64,000 bases of DNA, taken from contig NC_043008.1 in NCBI RefSeq assembly GCF_006345805.1, positions 29,512,001-29,576,000 on the forward strand, read 5' to 3'. The translations under genes were made by a program, and so were the position numbers. Origin of the DNA: Octopus sinensis. Its lineage: Eukaryota. A model generated the notes under the pieces. That model was not told the DNA's origin and did no database searches. It saw only the letters and a list, made by a program, of their open reading frames with translations. Positions 53,054 through 64,000 of the stretch are shown in pieces. The first letter of the stretch is position 1. Each line of letters opens with the position of its first letter.

Positions 53054-54715
53054 CCTTCACATAACTAATATTGCTATTCAAATTAAGAAATAAATCATAT
53101 TTATAAATCTATGATAATAATAGTAATATTGATGATGATGATGATGACGACAACGACGACGACGACGATGATTATAGGGGAATAGTGGTCGTCACGGTTT
53201 ATGTGTTATTGTTGTTTTTGGTGGTGGTGGTGGTGGTAGTGATGGTGGTGACATTTGCAGTGAGGTGGTGGCGGTATGGTATTTTAACGTCTTTATTGGT
53301 GATATACCCCGACATAAAATTTATATGTACACTCGTACAAAACAGAAATATTCAGAGATGGATTTTAACGTTTACATCGAGTTACTAATAAGCCAATTAT
53401 TTTGTTCCTGCAATCTTTTCGTCTCTATTCTGTGATGAAATATCATTAAGATCATAACGGTACCTTTTCAAACGGAGTCATAGTCTACAATAAAGTTTTG
53501 TAGAGGCATGATTGCCCAGATCAAAATCATATATACTAATATTGCTTAGAGAGATATCTGTCTACATCCGGTTCTGTCGAAGTTTCCTAGTTTATGCGTT
53601 TGAACTAATTACTCATAATGCTGCTAAAAAGACAATTCCTTTGGTTGTTGTTTGCTACTAAATCTGCACCAATTTCTGAGGTTCGTGACAGGACATACCA
53701 ACTATGACTCCCACTGTTGTATTCACGCATTCTATCCTAGATTACATTATACATCGTATCAATTTTAATTTAGCTGTTTTGAGATAGAGAGATTAGATTC
53801 ATATGTGAAGGCGAGCAACAGATGAAAAAAGCGTCCATTTTGGCTCGTAAATGATAAAAACACAACTTCCTTTGTCTCAAATTCCTCCAGAGAATCTCTT
53901 TATTTCTGAGAGCTGTTGCATTCGAGGAAGCACAGATTAACAAAAAAAGTTCTTGGTATTATTCGGTTATGAAATGCCATACATTTAGAAAGTCTGACTT
54001 ATAAACTCTATTTTTTCTTTATCTTTACGTTGTTAGTTTAAACTCGCAGTGGTTAAATTCTTTCTTTGAGATGAGAAAAAAAATGAATTACATGATCGAC
54101 CATTCCACAAACTACTGTCCTATGCCCCCACCAAAATGTGAGAAACAATTATTTAGTTACATTAAGGTATTATGGTTTCGGCTGCGTGCGTAGCTAGAAT
54201 GTATAATTTAGAAATAACAAACTATAATATTCGAGATCATCTGTTAAAATTCAAACCGTTTACATTGCAAGTAAACGTAATATCATATCGTATACGAACT
54301 TCGTATCATTATATTTCTATATAACTTTACCATAACGTTTTAGCGAGCTAATATCTAAGTGTTATTATGTTCCCGTGAGCAATTGCTTAATGGATTTCTG
54401 CTCTATATTTTCTCTACTCTACTATATCAAAGTCAAATTTAATACATGGAATATTATGCCTTTGTTTTATGTCTATTCTGATAATGTTACTATAGTTTAA
54501 TGTTAATAATCGATCGCTGTGGAAGCACTGCATCAAAGTCTGATGCCAAATTTTGGTCGGTTCTAGTTTCAGTATATGATTTTGGAGCATCTATAAAATA
54601 AAATAAAGAAAAAAAAAACGAGTAAGTTATTTGCTGTCCGTCAATAACACTGAGATAGAATTTGTATTCTTGCAAGGAAACAAATCACATCCCCGTGGTT
54701 TTCTAAACTCTAGTA

Positions 54716-54836
54716 TTCTCTGTGGGACAAGCCCTATATGTGTCAGGATTCCCCCGCTAGAAGCCACTTATTACGCCCATGAGGTGTCAGTCTGCCAACG
54801 GGCATCTTCTGATGCATTCGCACTGCCCTGTGGCGC
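54716..54836 (+). repeat. GC-rich ~120-bp unit, copy 1 (hairpin-forming)
   Basis: Similar to 55398-55510: ttctctgtggga..ttacgccc.t.agg.gtcagtctgcc.acgggcatcttc.gatgcat..gtggcgc. Confidence 0.7.
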
Positions 54837-54845
54837 GACTTTGTG

Positions 54846-54880
<35 letters not shown>

Positions 54881-55397
54881 CCTCCTAAAGTGAACCAATA
54901 ATAATTATGTAAAGGGGCTTTGTAAATTTTAAATCCTATATCGATCAAGGATGTTGCTTCTGTGTACTAGCTTTGGACTATAAAGGCATTAGTTGACTTT
55001 TTGTGCGATGAGGCGAATTGCAGATTAACTGAATTAAGCAGAGAACAAAAATTAGGAAAACTGTCGCCACCTGTTCTTTCATAGATGACGGAAACCACGA
55101 GTCATTTGTTAGTTTATAAATATTCTCAATGCTGGCCGACAAACATCTATTTTTATTTATCCTTTTGTCTTCCGTAATCAAATCAATCCTGCAGAGACAG
55201 GCGTTATTCTCGCAGAGGAAGTACGTCGTATTTTTCAATTGATACATTTTGTTTAACAAAGTTGTTGAAACAAAGTTATGCTTCTTTTTGTCTCTCCTCT
55301 TACTCCAGAATCTGTCATTCAAACCTTCTTTCCTTTCACTATTCTATCCTCTCACATTTCTCTCTGTCTCTTTGACTCCATAAAGAAACCGGAAACG

Positions 55398-55510
55398 TTC
55401 TCTGTGGGAGAAACCCTTTATAGTTCAGGTTTTCACCGCTGTTTTTACGCCCGTCAGGCGTCAGTCTGCCGACGGGCATCTTCCGATGCATCCGTACATT
55501 CACGTGGCGC
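55398..55510 (+). repeat. GC-rich ~120-bp unit, copy 2
   Basis: Stems gcccgtc/gacgggc, ggc/gcc and gcatc/gatgc at 55449-55489. Confidence 0.7.
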
Positions 55511-55589
55511 ATCTTTGTTTTACAGTGTCTTTTCCTTGGACATCGATTTTTGCGATGGCTTAAACGAAGGGGCAGCGTGTTTCCGCGAA

Positions 55590-55812
55590 ATTATAATAAA
55601 AGGTGCAGATTGACCACAACAACATGCTAGAAATAGATGCTAAATGACTCTAAAAACACCTCAGGTCTTATATATTTTTCAACTGCCCGATGTACAAATG
55701 GAGTATTGTACAAAAACCTGTACAAATGGAGTATTGAGGTGGTTTTAGAGTCAATTGGCAACTATTTCTAGCGTGCATGCTGTTGTGGTTAATCCGCACT
55801 CTTTGATATAAT
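55590..55812. mobile_element. MITE with ~70-bp imperfect TIRs
   Basis: gtgcagattgaccacaacaacatgctagaaatagatgctaaatgactctaaaaacacctca vs the reverse complement of 55735-55812. Internal tgtacaaatggagtattg occurs twice. Confidence 0.8.
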
Positions 55813-56345
55813 TATCTATATAATTATAAGTCTAGCATAAAACGTTACCTACGAGGTTTTATTTCACGCCGGCCATTTGATAAAATTATTAATATGATTT
55901 TATCCTTTGTTCTATATAAAGAAAAAAATATGTATTTTTTCTCCTGACCATATTGAATTCGCTGCAATTCTATATAAAGAAAATATTATATATATATAAA
56001 CAATAGGAGTGATCACTATGTGGCTGCCTTGTATGCTAAAGATAGACACCAAACCGTCTTGAATAATCATGTCAAAACCTTAAGATATGGAATTCAGTGC
56101 TATGTTTATTTCTTGTCAGTGTTATGGTTACTTCTTTTCAGTTGTCTAGCAACTTGCTAATTTGAGAACACAAATTTCATGATAAGACGATTTCACGTCT
56201 AGGTTTAGTATACAAAGTATCCACATGGTGGTCTCTCCTATTGCTTATATTTAAATAGAATTCACGGTCCTCAGACGTTTTGAAATATGCTGATCACTGG
56301 TTGAAATTGCTAATACTGAATAATATTAATTTGCTATATATATAT

Positions 56346-56491
<146 letters not shown>

Positions 56492-57017
56492 ATTTAATCA
56501 ATAGTTATTGCCCGACAGGGAACTATCCTTGGTTTCGCGCAACTTATGCTGTTAGCGATGTCGTCAACTCTCCATACCTTCTGGACAAATACTTACAGAG
56601 ATACCTGTATTCATATATAAAACTTATCATGCATCGCTGCATGTACAATGACAGTAAGTATTGTACACATACACAGGAAATTTGCACAAAAATCTTGTTG
56701 ATATTGTTTAAATTCACATGAAATATGTTTTCATTTTTGTTAGAAACCGACTTTTTCTCTATTGGCAAATAATCTAGAAATACTAACTGAATGATAACAA
56801 GCATGTATGTGTATTATTATTTTCTCTGTTTGAAGAATTTTTGTTAAGAGATATCTTATATATTTACCGTTCATGTACAATTTGTAACACATATTATCAA
56901 ATGAAGCACATGTAATGGTGACTGAATACTACAAACAATATTTACAATCTCTTAATTCGATACATGTATTTATGCATATATATATACATACATATATATA
57001 TACACATATATATATAT

Positions 57018-57110
<93 letters not shown>

Positions 57111-57126
57111 ATATATATATATATAC

Positions 57127-57173
<47 letters not shown>

Positions 57174-57196
57174 AATAAAAAATGGAGTCAACGCAG

Positions 57197-59235
57197 GATA
57201 ACTCTAACGATGTGCTTCCAATGTAAAATCGTACTTTATTACGAGTACTGATTATACACTGGTATATAGAATTTTTAATCTTAGAGTTACTTGACATAAA
57301 TTTAATTCTATTGGGATTGACTTCAGATACAATAACCTTGTTATTAATATTTCTAGAGGGTTGGATGTTAGTAGCTAAATTAATGTTAGTATTAGTAAAT
57401 GTATTAATATTTAACAGTTTGTTATTATGAGAAGATATAATTTGCAAGAGATTTTTTGTGTTTGAAAAACCTATCCTAACCTTATGTGAATTAATTATAG
57501 AGTAATATCTAGAATTATTTGGAAAATTCCTAGCAATAGCTTGACGAAACAGCAGTGGGAGATTAGATTTAATTTGTCTCCCGTAAGGAATTATTAACCA
57601 AATATTTTTACTAGTATTCATAGCGTAATTACTTTTGAAGGTGTTATATTTACTTTTAGATCGGTAATAGGGGAATAAATAAGGGTTATCTGCCTTCATT
57701 CGCTTTGTATCGGTGCGTAAGTTATGTTTGTTATCAATAATTCTTTTACGACTAGAAATCTTATCTACATTATTGAATTTACAATTAGACTGAGCAGAAT
57801 CAATGTAGAAAATTTTTTCTGTATAACCTGGTTTGATTAAGGCAGAGTTATAGAATTCAGCGTTATTATTGAAAATATCAACATTAGCAGATAATTTAGA
57901 TAATCTAAATGAAATATTCTTAACTAAATTCTTAGTAATTGCTCCAGGATGATTACTAAATTTGCTAATGTACTTAAGATTGGTCAACGGTTTATGATAT
58001 GGGAAGTAAGAGTCACTGTGTAAATTAAGGGTAATATCTAAAAAGTTGGCCTTCGTCAGATCGTCATCAAAAACGATTTTTAAGCCCATTCTACTGAAAA
58101 AATTAACTAAACTGTTCTTAACTTTTTGTACCTTTTGGTTAGAAACATTTTGGAGGTAAAGTAAACAATCATCACGATATAGACCTCCATAAATGTTAGG
58201 GAACTCTTCAGCCATTTCAAAAAGAATGTATATACAGACCGAATCAGCTATCTGTGCTGAATCAGAACTTCCCATAGGTATATCGAAACTATCTGGTGTG
58301 TCTTTACGGACCCACAACTTATCATCAAATTTAATAATAGATCTTCTGGCTGCCAACACAACATTAATTTCTTCTCGGGTGAGACCAGCTTTGTTATGAG
58401 CAAGCCAAAGTGCCTTATTAAGTACTATAGGATTAATAGACGAATAAAAATTGGAAATATCAAACTGGATAAACTTCGTACTCACCTTACTGTTAATAGA
58501 CCTAAACCAGTCAACTACGTCAAATGAATTAGTCCATAAGCTAAGTTTTAATGTTTTGATTAGATTAGGAATATATTTATCTAGTATATTTTTACTAAGG
58601 ATACCGATGTCAGAGCTAGAAGGGCAGATAAGCCTTAATGATGGGTTAGTAAAAAAATTTGGTTTGTGATCCTTCAAAATAAACCTAGGTTGCTTAGGAA
58701 CAAGTGGTTCTGTCTTCATTTGTAGGTTATATTTCTCCATGATTTTCATAGCCTCGATGTTGGCTTTCTTAAGTATTCTTTTATCAGCAATTTTATACTT
58801 TTTCTGAATTTCTTTTTCAAGTAATTCCAAATAATAGTCTTTATAAAGTTTGTTCAGATTACCAGTCTTATCATATTGGACCAACATAGTATCCATAGAA
58901 ATGATTTCTTTGGTGATGTTGCGAAGATACCTCAGATGTTTATTTCTTAGTGGGGACCGTTGAAATTTTATATTTCTCACAATGGACCAGAGATCATCTT
59001 CAAATTGCTTCAACCTTGGGTTAGGCGGCGGACTATTTTTAGATTAAAATAACTTGCTGAACTCAGATGTTTTATCATTAGTGTATTGTTGAGTGTCATT
59101 TTTGTCAAAGAAAAAGGTAAGCCATCTTATTCGGTTGATGAATGAATTAATCTTATTGACAAGTTGTTTAAGGAAAACATTCTTAGGTGGAATAGGAATG
59201 TCCTTAAGAGATGCGTTAATATTCAATAACTCCAT
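57197..59235 (-). pseudogene. PLE ORF body: N-terminal domain, reverse transcriptase and first half of GIY-YIG; in-frame TAA at 59044-59046; 3' end deleted
   Basis: ATG at 59235 (MELLNINASLKDIPIP..). The 63-aa and 694-aa ORFs are in the same frame, separated by one TAA. RT motifs [46 protein letters not shown]. Endonuclease start IYQC..FYIGST. Confidence 0.93.
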
Positions 59236-59238
59236 ATG

Positions 59239-59309
59239 CTGTAACTATTCAGTTAGCAGGTTATTAATAAACCTGATTAAAGTATTATAAATAGATGAGT
59301 GTATTTTAC
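59239..59309 (-). other. Candidate 71-nt spliceosomal intron in the PLE 5' UTR
   Basis: Sense strand: AAG|gtaaaa...ctgCTAACtgaatagttaCAG|catATG. GT-AG ends, CTAAC branch motif at 59252-59256, acceptor 3 nt before the ATG. Short 5'-UTR introns are an established PLE trait. Confidence 0.6.
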
Positions 59310-59702
59310 CTTGTTAACAATTAACACGGATAAATGAATGAATAGTTACCAGGGCAGCAAAATCTCACAAGTAAAGATGTTGTAACTCCTTGTTTATAAA
59401 GGTTGAAACTTCGTGTTTACGTTGAATATTTGAATAATAGGAATAAAAAATGGAGTCAACGCAGGTTTAAACAAGTATTTTTTCTTTCTACATATGTTTC
59501 AAAAATTCCACTGATACTTATTCAAAAGAATAAAAGGTATAAACAATGCAATCTTCTCTTCGGGAAAGTGAAAAAACGAAACTTGTCAATACGACATTTT
59601 AGCAAAAAATGATGGATTCGTATAGCGATAGACAGAACGCTATTAATATTGTTTAAAAAAACGTTATATGATATAACGTCATAAGTAGCTAACAGAAAGA
59701 GT
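59286..59702. repeat. Left arm of a 417-bp inverted repeat (PLE 3' UTR/terminus)
   Basis: Reverse complement of 60646-61062 (coordinates sum to 120348 at both ends). It produces the identical 69-aa ORFs 59403..59612(+) and 60736..60945(-). Confidence 0.95.
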
Positions 59703-59769
59703 AGGGATATTAATAGTGAATGTTAAATATAAAGGAAATTAAAGTCTAAACTATATATAATGATAGAGA

Positions 59770-60646
59770 CTACTTATATGCACTAAAAGTATGCTTTTGC
59801 CAATGCTTACATCTGTATGCTCGTTCTATAACCGTGTTTACTAGAGTACTTTTAGAAAAAATAATGAAAAATAGCTCAGAATTGCAGAGAAGACAGAATT
59901 TCTTGCCTTTGTCATATGGTATCGAAATTGAGAGGATCAACCATTCCAAATGAAATTGTTCATTGTGGTCTTTTAAATTCCAAATCAGTTTGCTGAGACC
60001 GGTACTATTCCGTTTATTTCTATCTCTAAATGTTGAGTAATGGATAGAAATTCTCTTAGATAACTCTAACGATGTGCTTCCAATGTAAAATCGTACTTTA
60101 TTACGAGTACTGATTATACACTGGTATATAGAATTTTTAATCTTAGATTTACTTGACATAAATTTAATTCTATTGGGATTGACTTCAGATACAATAACCT
60201 TGTTATTAATATTTCTAGAGGGTTGGATGGTAGTAGCTAAATTAATGTTAGTATTAGTAAATGTATTAATATTTAACAGTTTGTTATTATGAGAAGATAT
60301 AATTTGCAAGAGATTTTTTGTGTTTGAAAAACCTATCCTAACCTTATGTGAATTAATTATAGAGTAATATCTAGAATTATTTGGAAAATTCCTAGCAATA
60401 GCTTGACGAAACAGCAGTGGGAGATTAGATTTAATTTGTCTCCCGTAAGGAATTATTAACCAAATATTTTTACTAGTATTCATAGCGTAATTACTTTTGA
60501 AGGTGTTATATTTACTTTTAGATCGGTAATAGGGGAATAAATAAGGGTTATCTGCCTTCATTCGCTTTGTATCGGTGCGTAAGTTATGTTTGTTATCAAT
60601 AATTCTTTTACGACTAGAAATCTTATCTACATTATTGAATTAACAA
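59770..60646 (-). CDS. 3' part of the PLE ORF inside the upstream pseudo-LTR, with a complete GIY-YIG endonuclease (not an independent gene)
   Basis: 263-aa ORF: IYQC..FYIGST..KRISIH..LSKLIWNLK..EW..CLLCNSE..LVN..CKHWQKH, stop at 59770. Near-identical to 57197-57784 where they overlap. Confidence 0.9.
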
Positions 60647-61051
60647 CTCTTTCTGTTAGCTACTTATGACGTTATATCATATAACGTTTTTTTAAACAAT
60701 ATTAATAGCGTTCTGTCTATCGCTATACGAATCCATCATTTTTTGCTAAAATGTCGTATTGACAAGTTTCGTTTTTTCACTTTCCCGAAGAGAAGATTGC
60801 ATTGTTTATACCTTTTATTCTTTTGAATAAGTATCAGTGGAATTTTTGAAACATATGTAGAAAGAAAAAATACTTGTTTAAACCTGCGTTGACTCCATTT
60901 TTTATTCCTATTATTCAAATATTCAACGTAAACACGAAGTTTCAACCTTTATAAACAAGGAGTTACAACATCTTTACTTGTGAGATTTTGCTGCCCTGGT
61001 AACTATTCATTCATTTATCCGTGTTAATTGTTAACAAGGTAAAATACACTC

Positions 61052-61062
<11 letters not shown>
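60646..61062 (+). repeat. Right arm of the inverted repeat: inverted, 5'-truncated PLE 3' end joined to (TA)n
   Basis: actctttctgttagc...catctatttata followed directly by (TA)n. One-nt overlap with the direct repeat at 60646. Confidence 0.93.
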
Positions 61063-61105
<43 letters not shown>

Positions 61106-61369
61106 ATGTGTGTGTCTAAGACAAAAAATTGAGCATACTCTATATTTTCGTGTTAAATTTGACAATTTCTAATGTCTTATTTTATCAGAAATTACTCGAC
61201 GTATTGGTGAAGAGTGACCAGCATTAGTGAACATAGAATTTGAATTCTAGTTGAAAAAAGAATTACCTGGCATGGTTGAATAGTTTAGGTCGATTATCCA
61301 AATGACGATATCAGGACTTCTACTCAATATTCTGTGTACACTGTATGGTTTGTAAGACATGGTCAGTTG

Positions 61370-61850
61370 TAACGGAGGCTACGAAAGCGTTCCCACCACG
61401 AAATAACACGGCAAGTGAAATGTCTATGTCTGAACGCTGGTGTTCATGAACTACTGATGAACGGCTCATTTGGACCAATTCTAACAAGTACGTAAAGCTG
61501 CTGGGGACTGGTGTCAAATCCTAGCTGAGAGTGTTGTTGCTTGAAGGACATGTGTGTGGCAGCAGATATCGGCTCCTTTTCATACCACCGGAATGAGTGG
61601 AGAAGTGGTTGTCTGAGAAATACTTTCTAAATTTGTGACGTCCAATTTTATGTCTATGAATTAATATATGTGGAGAGTAATTGAGTACAGCACCAACCAC
61701 TCTACCTACAACAGCAATGCCGGTGGTCAAGATCTAGTGGATATCCGAAGATTTTCACAGGGACACGGTGAGGAACATTTTCACAGGGACACAGTGAGGA
61801 ACATCAGGTTCAACAGATGTGTTGAAACTGTGTTGGAAGGCGGGGATATT
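61370..61850 (+). mobile_element. Tc1/mariner-superfamily transposase remnant
   Basis: Frameshifted YVKLL.T.VK, VWQQ..AP.HT, EKWLSE..F..FVT, RF.R.VETV.EGG. Internal 26-bp tandem duplication near 61752-61803. Confidence 0.6.
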
Positions 61851-62691
61851 TAATTTATGCAAACTCGTAGCTTCCAAGCAGAATCCAGTTGATATCATTT
61901 AATATTCTTTTAAATAACTTTATTTTGAGGTGGGATATTGTTTGCTTTTTATGCTAACAGTCAAATTTATCCAGAACACACTGTATATTATTCAAATTAG
62001 TAGTTCCAGTGTTTTTACGTGTATATTTTACGTGAATATAAAATATTGGTCATTCGCGTCTCTTGATTTGTTCATATGGTGCAGCCCACATCGCATGTTG
62101 TTCCAGTAAGTGTCGAAAAACGATGAAGGCTGTTCATTGTGTGTTAAATATATGTATATTTGACAGTTCCTGTCTACTATGTAAGATTCTACACTTACAT
62201 GCATACACGCACACTCACATATACATATTTACATGAGTGTATATTTCTGTTTATATATTTGTCTACATACTTGCATAATTATATATGAAATTATTTAATT
62301 ATATATGCAAATTATTTGTTCGTGAATTATTTATTCAGTATTGAAATTATTTTCATACTGGTGGCTGCCATTGTTTCAGTGCAAAACGAATCAGTTGCAG
62401 TGTAGACTTCAACACGAGTCTCTATCATGGTAACGCGTGCTGAGAAAGATGAGTTTATTTTTGCCAGTGCAGAAACCGGTTCACATGAGACCGGATACTT
62501 GATTGCACTTTGGGAGATTGTCTTAGCCCATTTACCTTCAGACGGTTGATTGCAGTAGTTATCATCAGTGAATTTTGATGATATAAATAAGAGTTTTGAG
62601 TGAGATTTCCAGTAGGTAGACATATTTAGTATGTCATTTGATTAATTTTAATCCTTCCTTCAGCTATACATACATACATACACACACACAC

Positions 62692-62925
<234 letters not shown>

Positions 62926-64000
62926 GAAAAGCAGACATAGTGCAAACAATTTCAGCTTTTCGATAGAAAACATATATTATTCTAAATAAATATATTTTTA
63001 CTCATAAAGTTATATTAAGATATAGCAAGTCATTTGTAGATTCGTGGTATTAGGTGATGTAATAGATTGTGTAAAACGAGCAAATCAAGTAATTTTCGTA
63101 ATCGTAGGGCTGCAGTAAATTATAGGAATTGTAAGGTTGTGAAATTGTCATAGGAAATGAGTGTTTATATCAGAGATCAACTTCGGATAAGTTGTTGATA
63201 ATTCATGAAATTTACTGGCAACGCAGAAAGACAGAATCTCTCATATAATAGCATACTATATTGACAAAAGCCTACTAATCTGCTTTGTAAACGAGAATAT
63301 CGATTCTAGTATGTGCATGTGATTTGTCTTATCTACCAAGTGTGAATATCGACTCGAAAAAATTAAATGCAATAGGGTGATTCGTCTCGGTGTTTAGTCT
63401 GAGAATGTGCAAACATACTCACTGAAGTTAATAGTAATGCATAAAATTACGTTTTGTTATTTCAAACAAATAAAAAGTTTAGGTGAGTGGTGACGGAAAT
63501 TCTTGAATTTAATAGATTTTTAATCGATAGGAATTATTTAACTTCAATGGAATTTAAGTGGGTTTGACAGTTAAAGTGGTTTATATCAGAAGTACCAATT
63601 CCACCTGCATACATATTGTATTGAAATCTTTTAAATTTTACTGAAACTAGACATGGCATTATACAGGAACTAATATTCGAAGAATATTTGTGTTTGTCAT
63701 TCTTATAAATTTCTGAAGAACCATTTTTGTTTGCTTTACATTTAAACCATTTGTAATCATATAGTTTTAATTAATCTAAATTTATATTGCATTATATAGT
63801 ATATCTTCATTTTCCTTCACTTACATACACGCACAAAAACATACTCACACAAACGCACACTCAGTCATATACGTGTATATATTTCATGAAATGCTCGTTG
63901 ATATTCAGTTTATTCAAAATGCCACAGTAAATTATAATGAACTGCACGATTGTCTGAAGTGTTTCGTGAACAAAGCGATGGCTATATATATGCTTCCTCT

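Larger units (their letters stand above)
57170..61062 (-). mobile_element. Penelope-like retroelement (EN+), composite insertion: inverted arm + pseudo-LTR + ORF body, flanked by (TA)n
   Basis: RT and GIY-YIG motifs (see sub-features). Direct repeat 60059-60646 = 57197-57784, with 3 mismatches seen by eye. Inverted repeat 59286-59702 / 60646-61062. Both outer junctions run into (TA)n. Confidence 0.95.

Noticed and set aside
55449-55489. HDV-like ribozyme fold
   Set aside because: A 7-bp outer stem and 3-bp inner stem are present, but there is no room for P2 and no P1.1 GG.
56929-57196. C-terminal ~90 aa of the 694-aa ORF
   Set aside because: Created by the deletion junction running into UTR and (TA)n. 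Not part of the PLE protein.
59240-59770. Hammerhead ribozyme in the young pLTR
   Set aside because: Only partial look-alikes (ctgatac; aaacgt..acgtc). No CTGAnGA adjacent to a helix II and GAAA was found by eye.
59465-60058. The deleted segment as an antisense-spliced intron (cag|gttt...ttctcttag)
   Set aside because: The observed junction keeps one extra G. The removed piece is GT..TA or TT..AG, not GT..AG, so it is off by one base. Worth re-checking only if reads show CAGATAAC.
59403-60945. Identical 69-aa ORFs on opposite strands suggesting a duplicated small gene
   Set aside because: A by-product of the 417-bp inverted repeat. The ORF is antisense to the PLE UTR and starts at TTG.

Overview
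AT-rich, microsatellite-saturated eukaryotic DNA. The SINE and mariner repertoire looks like an octopod cephalopod (inference from recalled repeat sequences; no database search was possible). No host protein-coding gene can be supported: almost all listed ORFs are microsatellite read-through or TE debris. The main feature is a young Penelope-like retroelement (PLE; RT plus C-terminal GIY-YIG endonuclease) at 57170-61062. It has a direct pseudo-LTR, a 417-bp inverted arm, a candidate 71-nt 5'-UTR intron and two outward-facing 3' ends, each joined to (TA)n. A 775-aa ORF can be rebuilt from its two partial copies. An older, decayed member of the same family lies at about 8414-9450. A short family carrying a hammerhead-like motif (core mostly CTGTnGA rather than CTGAnGA) occurs several times, nearly always with its 3' end in (TA)n. 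Also present: many mariner/Tc1 remnants (two built from two left ends facing each other), several MITEs, a CRE-type LINE fragment, tRNA-derived SINEs, a probable tRNA-Ile(AAT) pseudogene, and four microsatellite-bounded tandem duplications that may be assembly artefacts.
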